Assembly: GCA_964453345.1 (NCBI GenBank)
Contig: CAYVOC010000031.1
Coordinates: forward strand, 1-16,352
DNA from: an uncultured Aquificales bacterium
GTDB taxonomy: Bacteria; Thermosulfidibacterota; Thermosulfidibacteria; Thermosulfidibacterales; Thermosulfidibacteraceae
Length of the DNA stretch: 16,352 nt
Reading direction: 5' to 3'
The translations under genes were made by a program, and so were the position numbers. Position 1 is the first letter of the stretch. Every line of letters starts with the position of its first letter. The notes beneath the pieces are model-generated. The model ran no database searches, was not told the origin of the DNA, and saw only the letters and a list, made by a program, of their open reading frames with translations. Below are positions 9,252 to 16,352 of the stretch, one piece after another.

Positions 9252-10661
9252 TTAGATGTCAAAGTAAAGCACGAATTCGTAGGGATGGGGATGCAGTCTG
9301 AACTGTTTGATCTCCTCTCTTTTCCAGTTGATATACATGTTCAGGAAGTCCTCAGTGAAGACGTTGCCGACCCTTAAGAATTCGCTGTCTTCCTCTAAGG
9401 CCGCTATGGCCTCTTCCAGGCTTTCGGGGGTGCTTTCCATCTTTTCGATTTCCTCAGGGGGGAGGGAGTATATATCCTTGTCCACCGGTTCCCCCGGGTC
9501 TATCTTGTTTATTATGCCGTCAAGCCCTGCAAGCAGCAGAACCGAAAAGGCGAGGTAGGGATTAGCAGAGGGATCGGGGAATCTCACCTCGATCCTTTTG
9601 GCCTTGGGGCTGGGGGAATACATGGGGATTCTTATGGCAGCGCTTCTGTTCCTTGCAGAGTAGGCCAAGTTTACCGGTGCCTCAAATCCCGGAACCAGCC
9701 TCTTGTAAGAGTTGGTGGTCGGATTTGTGAAGGCACAGATGGCCTTTGCGTGCTCCAGTATCCCGCCTATAAAGTAAAGCGCAAGCTCGGATAGACCAGC
9801 ATACTCGTCTCCGGCGAACAGGGGTTCTCCGTTTCTCCAGAGGGATATGTGGGTGTGCATCCCTGTCCCGTTGTCTCCGAAGATGGGCTTGGGCATGAAG
9901 GTTACGGTCCTTCCGTATTTGGCCGCTGTGTTGCGCAGTATGTATTTATACTTCATGACGTTGTCGGCCTGCTCCACAAGCTCGGCGTATCTTATGTCTA
10001 TCTCCCCCTGACCCGCGGTGGCTACCTCGTGATGGTGGAACTCGACGGTGATTCCCGCATCCTGGAGGATCAGACACATTTCATTTCTCATATCCTGAAA
10101 CTTGTCGTGGGGTGGTGCGGGGAAGTAGCCCCTTTTGGGGGGAATTTTGTAGCCCGTGTTGGGGGTCTCCTCCCTATCGGAGTTCCACCAGGCCTCAACT
10201 GAGTCTATAAAGTAGAAGCTGCGCTGGGGTTCGCAGGCGAATCTCACGTCGTCAAAGATGAAGAATTCAATTTCGGGTCCCACATAGCATGTGTCGGCTA
10301 TGCCTAAGGACCTCATATAACTTACGGCCTTTTTGGCTATGTATCTGGGGTCCCTGCTGTAGGGTTCTCTGGTTATGGGATCCACTATATCTGCGAAGCA
10401 GACTATGGTCGGCTCTTTGAAGAAGGGATCGATGAAGGCTCCCTTGGGATCGAGAATCACAAGCATGTCGGAGGCCTCAATCCCACGCCATCCCCTTATG
10501 GAGGAGCCGTCGAAGCCCAGTCCTTCTTCGAAGGCTTCTTCATCTATCATCTCTGCAGGGAAGGTGAAGTGGTGCCATGTTCCGAAGGGGTCGGTGAAGC
10601 GCACATCAACGAACTTTACCTCACCGCTTTTGACCAGCTTCAGGAACTCCTTTCTCTCCAT
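9252..10661 (-). CDS. glnA: Glutamine synthetase type I (GSI-beta-like)
   Basis: Motifs FDGSSIRG, HHHEVATAGQGEI, FMPKPIFGDNGTGMHTH, NSYKRLVPGFEAP and IEVRFPDP, plus an adenylylation-site-like DIYSLP. Start ATG 10661 with GGGAGG RBS. Confidence 0.97.
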   Translation of the reverse strand: MERKEFLKLVKSGEVKFVDVRFTDPFGTWHHFTFPAEMIDEEAFEEGLGFDGSSIRGWRGIEASDMLVILDPKGAFIDPFFKEPTIVCFADIVDPITREPYSRDPRYIAKKAVSYMRSLGIADTCYVGPEIEFFIFDDVRFACEPQRSFYFIDSVEAWWNSDREETPNTGYKIPPKRGYFPAPPHDKFQDMRNEMCLILQDAGITVEFHHHEVATAGQGEIDIRYAELVEQADNVMKYKYILRNTAAKYGRTVTFMPKPIFGDNGTGMHTHISLWRNGEPLFAGDEYAGLSELALYFIGGILEHAKAICAFTNPTTNSYKRLVPGFEAPVNLAYSARNRSAAIRIPMYSPSPKAKRIEVRFPDPSANPYLAFSVLLLAGLDGIINKIDPGEPVDKDIYSLPPEEIEKMESTPESLEEAIAALEEDSEFLRVGNVFTEDFLNMYINWKREEIKQFRLHPHPYEFVLYFDI

Positions 10662-10698
10662 TAATGCCCTCCCACATCTTTTCATGGCAGGAGGATAC

Positions 10699-10726
10699 AT
10701 AATAGGGCATCTGCGGGGAAGGTCAA
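10699..10726 (-). promoter_or_regulatory. Putative sigma70 promoter of glnA
   Basis: TTGACC-16 bp-TATTAT on the minus strand, 37 nt upstream of the ATG. Confidence 0.5.
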
Positions 10727-10795
10727 GGTGAACAAAAAATGTGCTATCGGGTGCAGATTGACGAAGCAGGCGGTTGCGCCTATTTATTCAGCCTG

Positions 10796-12109
10796 ATGGG
10801 TGAGAAGTTTTTCATACGGACCTTCGGCTGCCAGATGAACGAGCATGACTCCGAAAAGATTCGGGGACTTCTTGTGCATATGGGGATGGAAGAGGCGGAG
10901 AGTGAGCGGGAGGCGGATGTTGTAATTCTGAATACGTGCGCTGTCAGGGAAAAGCCGGTGCACAAGGTTTACAGCGAGCTTGGGCGGTTTAAGCGCTGGA
11001 AAGATAAAATATTTGCTGTTTGCGGTTGTGTCGCTCAGAAGGAGGGCAAGAGGCTTGTGGAGCGCATGCCCCATGTGAGCATAGTTATAGGCCCGCGGAA
11101 CATATACAGACTGCCTGAGGCCATAGAGAGGGCCAAGCAGGGCAAAAGGAGCATCTTCACGGAGCAGAATGGGCGGTGCCCCATAACCGATTTGAGGTAT
11201 CCTATAAAGAGGCGGAACCCCTACCGTGCCTATGTGACCATAATGGAGGGGTGCGACAACTTTTGCAGCTATTGCATAGTTCCCTTTGTCAGGGGCAGGG
11301 AGGTGAGCCGCCCCTGGCGGGAGATACTTGATGAGGTTAAGCGGCTTGCTGATGAGGGCTATAAAGAGGTGACCCTCTTAGGGCAGAATGTTAACTCCTA
11401 CGGGAAGGGCCTGGAGGATCCCATAGACTTTCCGGATCTGCTTTACAAGATACACGAGGTGGAGGGGATTGAGTGGATCAGGTTCATCACCTCCCATCCC
11501 AAGGATTTCTCTGAAAAGCTTATAGATGCGGTGGTAAGTCTTCCCAAGATCTGTGAATACATACACCTTCCCGCCCAGTCCGGATCCAACAGGATACTCT
11601 CTTTGATGAACAGAAGATATACAAGGGAGCAGTATCTTGGCATCATAGACAGGCTCAAGTCTTCCGGGAAGTATTTTGCCTTCACTTCGGATTTTATAGT
11701 GGGCTTTCCTACGGAGACCGAGGAGGACTTTGAGCAGACCCTCTCCCTGATAAGGGAGGTGGAGTATGAAGGGGTTTTTGCCTTCATGTATAACCCCCGG
11801 GAGTTTACGAGGGCCTACAGCTGGGAGGATGATGTCCCGCCTGAGGTAAAGAGGGAGAGGTTGAGGAGGCTGCTTTCCCTTCAGGATGAGATAACCGAGA
11901 AGCTGAGTTCCTCCTACGTGGGAAGGGTTGTTGATGTGCTTTTCGATGAATACAGGGATGGATGCCTTTATGGCAGGACGAGGACCTTCAAAATAGTAAA
12001 GGCCTCCGGTGACAAATCTCTGCTTGGGAATATAGTAAAAGTTAAGATAACAGAGGCCAGGATGTATGAGCTTAAAGGGGAAATCGTGCAAGGGGGAAAG
12101 GAAGGATGA
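10796..12109 (+). CDS. miaB: tRNA-2-methylthio-N6-dimethylallyladenosine synthase MiaB
   Basis: Motifs [19 protein letters not shown] and radical-SAM CDNFCSYC, plus LLGQNVNSY and a C-terminal TRAM domain. Confidence 0.95.
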   Translation: MGEKFFIRTFGCQMNEHDSEKIRGLLVHMGMEEAESEREADVVILNTCAVREKPVHKVYSELGRFKRWKDKIFAVCGCVAQKEGKRLVERMPHVSIVIGPRNIYRLPEAIERAKQGKRSIFTEQNGRCPITDLRYPIKRRNPYRAYVTIMEGCDNFCSYCIVPFVRGREVSRPWREILDEVKRLADEGYKEVTLLGQNVNSYGKGLEDPIDFPDLLYKIHEVEGIEWIRFITSHPKDFSEKLIDAVVSLPKICEYIHLPAQSGSNRILSLMNRRYTREQYLGIIDRLKSSGKYFAFTSDFIVGFPTETEEDFEQTLSLIREVEYEGVFAFMYNPREFTRAYSWEDDVPPEVKRERLRRLLSLQDEITEKLSSSYVGRVVDVLFDEYRDGCLYGRTRTFKIVKASGDKSLLGNIVKVKITEARMYELKGEIVQGGKEG

Positions 12110-12579
12110 TACGGATGAAGGTGGTTAAGGTTATTCTGGATCCAATTACAAACTCTCCCATTGTTATCCTTAAGGATATGGAGGAGAGGAGGCTTCTTCC
12201 CATCTGGATAGGTCTTTTTGAGGCAAGCGCCATAGCCATGAAGCTTGAGGATGTTACAACTCCGAGGCCCATGACCCACGATCTTATAGCCAACATCCTT
12301 GATAGCCTCAGGGCAAGTGTTGAGAGGGTGGTGGTGAACGATCTTGTGGAGAACACCTACTACGCCACGATATACCTTAACACCCCGTCGGGCATGGTGG
12401 AGGTGGATTCCAGGCCCAGCGACGCCATAGCAATAGCCCTGAGGACGGGTGCTCCCATATATGTTGAGGAGGTGGTGCTGGAGAGGGCCCAGAGCCTTGA
12501 GGAGGAGGACAGGGACAAGCTGCTCAAGGAGTGGCTTGAGCGTCTGAGCCCGGAGGATCTGGAGAAGTTCAGGGCTTGA
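12106..12579 (+). CDS. Bifunctional nuclease family protein (DUF151)
   Basis: Motifs [17 protein letters not shown] and [17 protein letters not shown] overlap with miaB. Confidence 0.92.
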   Translation: MIRMKVVKVILDPITNSPIVILKDMEERRLLPIWIGLFEASAIAMKLEDVTTPRPMTHDLIANILDSLRASVERVVVNDLVENTYYATIYLNTPSGMVEVDSRPSDAIAIALRTGAPIYVEEVVLERAQSLEEEDRDKLLKEWLERLSPEDLEKFRA

Positions 12580-13858
12580 GCCTTTTGTCTATAACCCTCT
12601 GGGCCTTCCCGGGTTTTCTGGGTATGGTGCCCTCTGGCACTAACTCCAGATCTACCCTGAAACCCAGAAAGTCGTATAGATGGGTTGCAAGATGCTCCTT
12701 TAATTCTCCGTTTGCAACTCTGCTTTTGTCCTTTATTTCAAGTATCACCTTTACGTAGGTTTTGCCCTTCCTTTCGTCCAGAATAATCTGGTATTCGTTG
12801 CCTACTTCCTTGTGGCGCATGAGGATGGCCTCTATCTGGGAGGGGTAAAAGTTCACACCCTTGACCTTCAACATGTCGTCGGTGCGTCCCTTTATCCTGG
12901 CTACCCTGAGCATGGTTCTTCCGCAGTCGCATCTTTCCCTTGAGACTATGCTTGTTATGTCCCTGGTTCTGTATCTTATGAGGGGGAGCCCCTCCCTGGT
13001 AAGGGTGGTCACCACCATCTCCCCTTCCTGACCGTCTTCCACGGGTTTTCCGGTTTCAGGATCCACTATTTCCACTATGTAGTGGTCCTCCCAGACGTGT
13101 ATCCCGCACTTGTGCTGGCAGTCTATCCCGAGGCCCACACCTCCCGTTTCCGTCATTCCTATGATGTCGTAGGAGTCTATCCCCATCTCCCTTTCTATTC
13201 TGGCCCTCATCTCGTCCGACCAGACCTCGGCTCCGAATATGCCTATGCGCAGATCTGTTTCTGAAAAGTCAAAGTTCTCTTCTTTAGCCACCTCTATGAG
13301 CCTGAGGGGATAGGAGGCGATGGCGCATATAACGGTTGTTCCCATCTCCTTCATGAGCTTCAGCTGCAGCATGGATCTACCCGCCCCTATAGGAACGATC
13401 ATGGCGCCTATTCTCTCGCATCCGTAGTGGAAGCCAAAGCCACCGTTGAACAGACCGAAGGAAGGGGTTATCTGCACCACATCTCTACTTGTGACGCCCG
13501 CTGCGGTGAGGCACCTTGCCATTATCTCGGCCCACTGCTCCACATCGTTTCTCGTGTAGAAGTTCACGATGGGGGTTCCCGTGGTTCCCGAGGACATGTG
13601 AAAGCGAACGAAGCTGTCCTTGGGGGCGCAGGTGTATGCGAAGGGATACCCCTCTCTGAGATCTTCCTTTGTCATAAAGGGCAGCTGCTGCAGATCTTCC
13701 AAGGTCTTTATATCCTCTGGTTCCGGCCTTCCAAGCTTCTCCCAGTAGAAGGCGTTGTTCTCCTTTATGTGCCTTATGGTGTCTCTCAACCTTTCTAACT
13801 GCACTCTCTCCAGTTCTTCTCTGTCCATTCCCTCAAGCCTTGGCTGATACATGGGCAT
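12569..13858 (-). CDS. paaK: Phenylacetate-CoA ligase family protein
   Basis: Motifs [38 protein letters not shown] and [20 protein letters not shown]. Confidence 0.9.
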   Translation of the reverse strand: MPMYQPRLEGMDREELERVQLERLRDTIRHIKENNAFYWEKLGRPEPEDIKTLEDLQQLPFMTKEDLREGYPFAYTCAPKDSFVRFHMSSGTTGTPIVNFYTRNDVEQWAEIMARCLTAAGVTSRDVVQITPSFGLFNGGFGFHYGCERIGAMIVPIGAGRSMLQLKLMKEMGTTVICAIASYPLRLIEVAKEENFDFSETDLRIGIFGAEVWSDEMRARIEREMGIDSYDIIGMTETGGVGLGIDCQHKCGIHVWEDHYIVEIVDPETGKPVEDGQEGEMVVTTLTREGLPLIRYRTRDITSIVSRERCDCGRTMLRVARIKGRTDDMLKVKGVNFYPSQIEAILMRHKEVGNEYQIILDERKGKTYVKVILEIKDKSRVANGELKEHLATHLYDFLGFRVDLELVPEGTIPRKPGKAQRVIDKRLKP

Positions 13859-13860
13859 GG

Positions 13861-14346
13861 CTACGCCTCCGTATAACCGATTTCAAGGGCTTTTATGTTG
13901 CTATCGTTGTTTTTGCCAAGGTGTTCGAGGCTCTTTAGGCCTTCGTGCAGATCGATGCCAAGATGCTTTAGAATTGCGCCAACTGCCACCACATTCATTA
14001 GCTTGGGATGCACATCTTTCTTCTCGAGGATTTTTTTCAGGTCAACGGTTGGTTTTTCCATCCCGTAGGCCACGGTAAAGGTCTTTCTGTTGAGGTAGGG
14101 TTCAACCTTGCCGGACTCATCAGGGTGCAGGATCACCGCAACGTCCGCTTCACCGTAGCAGATGAGGGGAGAGTGGTAGTTGCCTGTCTTGAGGAAGGCA
14201 AGAACGCTTCCTCCCCTTGTGGCCATTCCGTGGTTCTCTGTGGATATGACGGGGACCCCGAGTCTGGTCAGGGTTATCCCTATAAGTCTTGTGGCAAGAA
14301 CTATGCCCTGCCCCCCGACTCCCGCAAAGACCATCCTTTTGTTCAT
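13861..14346 (-). CDS. iorB: Indolepyruvate:ferredoxin oxidoreductase beta-subunit-like protein (POR gamma family), short form
   Basis: Motifs AGVGGQGIVL, TENHGMATRGGSV, SPLI..GEAD and NIKALEIG. Adjacent to paaK. Confidence 0.8.
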   Translation of the reverse strand: MNKRMVFAGVGGQGIVLATRLIGITLTRLGVPVISTENHGMATRGGSVLAFLKTGNYHSPLICYGEADVAVILHPDESGKVEPYLNRKTFTVAYGMEKPTVDLKKILEKKDVHPKLMNVVAVGAILKHLGIDLHEGLKSLEHLGKNNDSNIKALEIGYTEA

Positions 14347-14383
14347 GTTCGGTTTCCTTAAATCTGCCCCCTTCTTTTGTCAA

Positions 14384-15376
14384 TCACCTTTCCGCTATTC
14401 TCTCCTTCACCTTGACGCCGAAGTGTCTCCCGGCTTCGGTTACGTAAGCGAGGATCTTATCCCCTTCTTTAAGCTTCACCACCGATATGGGTGAACCGTC
14501 CGGAGATGTCAGCCTTATGGTTTCTGCATTTTGAAGGATCAGGCTCCCTTCCTTGTCCTGGTATCTGGCCCTCACAATTAGCAGGGGCCTGACTTCAGTT
14601 TTGTTTCTCCCGACAATAGCCTCCCTTGCCTCTCCGTTGCTGTTTACCACAAGGACCTTTTCCCCTGTTGCAAGTTCCGAAAGATACTTGGTTCTGTTGC
14701 CCGGGCACAGTATATAGGCGTGTATCCCCCCCGCATTGACCCTGAAGGGTCTGGGAGCCACGTATGGGTTTTCAACGCTTTCGGAGTGAACCAGAAGGAA
14801 GAAGTCGCTTCTGTCTCCCACCAGCATGCCTTCACCGATGCTCATGAGTTCCGTTGTGTCGATGCACGCTCTGTAGCCCATGCCTGCCGGTTTCACGTCA
14901 ACTACCTCTGCCTCAACCAGTTGCAGTTTTTCGGGCCTGCGCTTGATGATGTTTCCCACCTCCTTAACGGTGGAGGGATTGCTGGTTTCTAAAAGAACTC
15001 CCCTTGTGCCCACCTCGAGGACTCCGGCCGCCATTTCGGCCTCTTCGGGTGTTCTGACCATTGCGATGATGTTCTCGCTCTGGGCCACCAAGTTTTCTAA
15101 GGGGATGATCTTCCAGTCTTCTGCATCCACCACAACCAGTCCCCTTTTGGATAGCTCAAGGGCCTTTGTTTCGTCTTCCTTGGAGGATATCTTCACGAAG
15201 AAGACATCCCTTTCCGGAACAATGTCTCCATCCTTCGATACCACCTGCACTATCCCAAGCTCCTTCACCTTGGGTGCGTATCCCTCCTCAACCATTATGG
15301 CGTCGGCGCCGGCTTCCAGGGCGGAGGTGACGATCTTCTTGTTCCAGGGGATGGCCTTCACCCAGAAAAGCTTCAT
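14384..15376 (-). CDS. 3-dehydroquinate synthase II (archaeal type, AroB'/MJ1249 family)
   Basis: Motifs [48 protein letters not shown] and GRHFG. Confidence 0.95.
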   Translation of the reverse strand: MKLFWVKAIPWNKKIVTSALEAGADAIMVEEGYAPKVKELGIVQVVSKDGDIVPERDVFFVKISSKEDETKALELSKRGLVVVDAEDWKIIPLENLVAQSENIIAMVRTPEEAEMAAGVLEVGTRGVLLETSNPSTVKEVGNIIKRRPEKLQLVEAEVVDVKPAGMGYRACIDTTELMSIGEGMLVGDRSDFFLLVHSESVENPYVAPRPFRVNAGGIHAYILCPGNRTKYLSELATGEKVLVVNSNGEAREAIVGRNKTEVRPLLIVRARYQDKEGSLILQNAETIRLTSPDGSPISVVKLKEGDKILAYVTEAGRHFGVKVKERIAER

Positions 15377-16167
15377 TTCAGCACCTCCAGGGCTTCTTCA
15401 ATGGATGCACCCTCGTGGACTATCATGGCTATGGCTTTGACCATAGCCGTGGGGTTTTCGTGCTGGAAGACGTTTCTTCCAATGGAGACGCCTGCTGCAC
15501 CTGCCTCCATTGCCCCCTTGACCATTCTAAGCACATCTTCAGCGGTATCCATCTTCTCCCCGCCCGCTATGACGACAGGTATGGGGCATCCTTCGGTGAC
15601 TTCCCTGAAGCTCTCCGGGTCTCCCGTGTATGGGACCTTGACGAGATCGGCCCCCAGCTCTGCTCCAACCCTTGCAGCATGCTTCACAACCGAGGGATCG
15701 TATTGATTACGGATCTTGGGGCCTCTGGCATACACCATGGCTAATAGCGGCATTCCCCACTCTAAGCACTTGGCCGATATTTCTCCGAAGTCCTTGAGCA
15801 TGGTGGGCTCGTCTTCGGCGCCTATGTTCACGTGTATGGAGACAGCATCCGCCCCAAGCTTTATGGCCTCCTCAACCGTGCAGACAAGCACCTTGTTGTT
15901 GGGGGTTGGAGAGAGGCATGTGCTTGCGGAAAGGTGTATTATCAAGCCTATGTCCTTGCCCCTTCTTCTGTGGCCTGCAGGGACTATGCCCTTGTGGATT
16001 ACTATGGCGTCGGCTCCTCCGTCGGCTATCTTTCCTATGGTTTCCTTCATGTTGGTGAGACCCCTTATGGGTCCCACGGTGATGCCGTGGTCCATGGGCA
16101 CAATGACTGTTGTGCCCTTCTCCCTGTTCATGATCCTCTCAAGCCTTATCTCCTTGCCAACGATCAT
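15373..16167 (-). CDS. 2-amino-3,7-dideoxy-D-threo-hept-6-ulosonate (ADH) synthase, DhnA-type class I aldolase (AroA'/MJ0400 family)
   Basis: Motifs [42 protein letters not shown] and GRNVFQ. Translationally coupled to DHQ synthase II; AGGAGG RBS before ATG 16167. Confidence 0.9.
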   Translation of the reverse strand: MIVGKEIRLERIMNREKGTTVIVPMDHGITVGPIRGLTNMKETIGKIADGGADAIVIHKGIVPAGHRRRGKDIGLIIHLSASTCLSPTPNNKVLVCTVEEAIKLGADAVSIHVNIGAEDEPTMLKDFGEISAKCLEWGMPLLAMVYARGPKIRNQYDPSVVKHAARVGAELGADLVKVPYTGDPESFREVTEGCPIPVVIAGGEKMDTAEDVLRMVKGAMEAGAAGVSIGRNVFQHENPTAMVKAIAMIVHEGASIEEALEVLK

Positions 16168-16198
16168 CTTCCACCCTCCTTCAGAAGATTTTTGTAAT

Positions 16199-16237
16199 AA
16201 AAAAGGGGCCATGGAAGCCTTTTGCTCCCATGGCCCC
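16199..16237 (-). terminator. Intrinsic terminator (attenuator) in the leader of the aro operon
   Basis: mRNA GGGGCCAUGGGAGC-AAAAG-GCUUCCAUGGCCCC-UUUUUU: a 14-bp stem with one G-U pair and six U, 31 nt upstream of the ADH synthase ATG. Confidence 0.9.
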
Positions 16238-16297
16238 TGATCTATGGGCTGGAGGGCCATGGGGGGCTTGGTGCCCGCCCATGGCCCCTGCCTTCAC

Positions 16298-16352
16298 CTA
16301 CAGCGGTGCCTGGACGGGCACCCTGCTAAAGTACCACCAAAAGTAAAAGTAG
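16298..16352 (-). CDS. Aromatic amino acid leader peptide, 5'-truncated by the window edge (...YFYFWWYFSRVPVQAPL*)
   Basis: Minus strand reads TAC TTT TAC TTT TGG TGG TAC TTT AGC AGG GTG CCC GTC CAG GCA CCG CTG TAG. The start codon lies outside the window. Confidence 0.8.
   Translation of the reverse strand, partial: YFYFWWYFSRVPVQAPL

Larger units (their letters stand above)
16199..16352 (-). promoter_or_regulatory. Ribosome-dependent transcription attenuator region (alternative helices plus terminator)
   Basis: Aromatic-codon leader ORF followed by duplicated CAGGGGCCATGGG segments with complementary partners that allow exclusive protector, antiterminator and terminator folds. Confidence 0.85.

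Noticed and set aside
10662-10795. Sigma54 promoter for glnA, and N-terminal extensions of glnA and miaB
   Set aside because: No TGGCAC-N5-TTGC match on the minus strand. The extensions lack family similarity and overlap the predicted promoters.
12569-12579. 11-bp convergent overlap of DUF151 and paaK without a terminator
   Set aside because: Common in compact genomes, with no further signal.
14347-14383. Perfect TTGACA right after the DHQ synthase II stop as an internal promoter, or the 77-aa ORF as an iorA remnant
   Set aside because: There is no credible -10 at 16-18 bp, and the ORF has no ferredoxin or TPP motif and overlaps iorB out of frame.
2942-16240. Many antisense or alternate-frame ORFs (e.g. 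4306-4938, 5111-5764, 7252-8082, 8429-9028, 11378-12091, 14880-15440)
   Set aside because: They shadow well-supported genes and show no recognisable motifs.
16168-16260. 31-aa N-terminal extension of ADH synthase in the ORF track
   Set aside because: It runs through the attenuator hairpins. The family-like sequence and AGGAGG RBS point to ATG 16167.
16205-16290. Repeated GGCCATGG units as a CRISPR array or REP/MITE element
   Set aside because: They are alternating inverted arms with short irregular spacing, no cas genes are present, and the attenuator explains them.

Overview
Gene-dense chromosomal window from a Gram-negative (lipid A-producing) bacterium whose E/K-rich proteins suggest a thermophile (inference). 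A long minus-strand run (9142 to 5) encodes a stand-alone ATP-grasp protein, lpxI, a D-2-hydroxyacid dehydrogenase, a RelBE-type toxin-antitoxin pair, an unannotated 29-aa ORF, lpxB, msbA, a DUF374/LpxJ-like acyltransferase, a small hypothetical protein, a Bax-like GH73 glucosaminidase, a polysaccharide deacetylase and a TrmJ-like methyltransferase. In the middle, glnA is divergent from miaB plus a DUF151 nuclease. The right end holds a minus-strand operon of archaeal-type shikimate-entry genes (ADH synthase, DHQ synthase II), an IorB-like subunit with no adjacent iorA, and a phenylacetate-CoA ligase. The standout signal is at the extreme right edge: the 3' part of a leader peptide with eight consecutive aromatic codons (YFYFWWYF), followed by mutually exclusive helices and an intrinsic terminator. 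This looks like a ribosome-mediated attenuator sensing Phe, Tyr and Trp together, placed over an archaeal-type de novo plus aryl-acid salvage operon.
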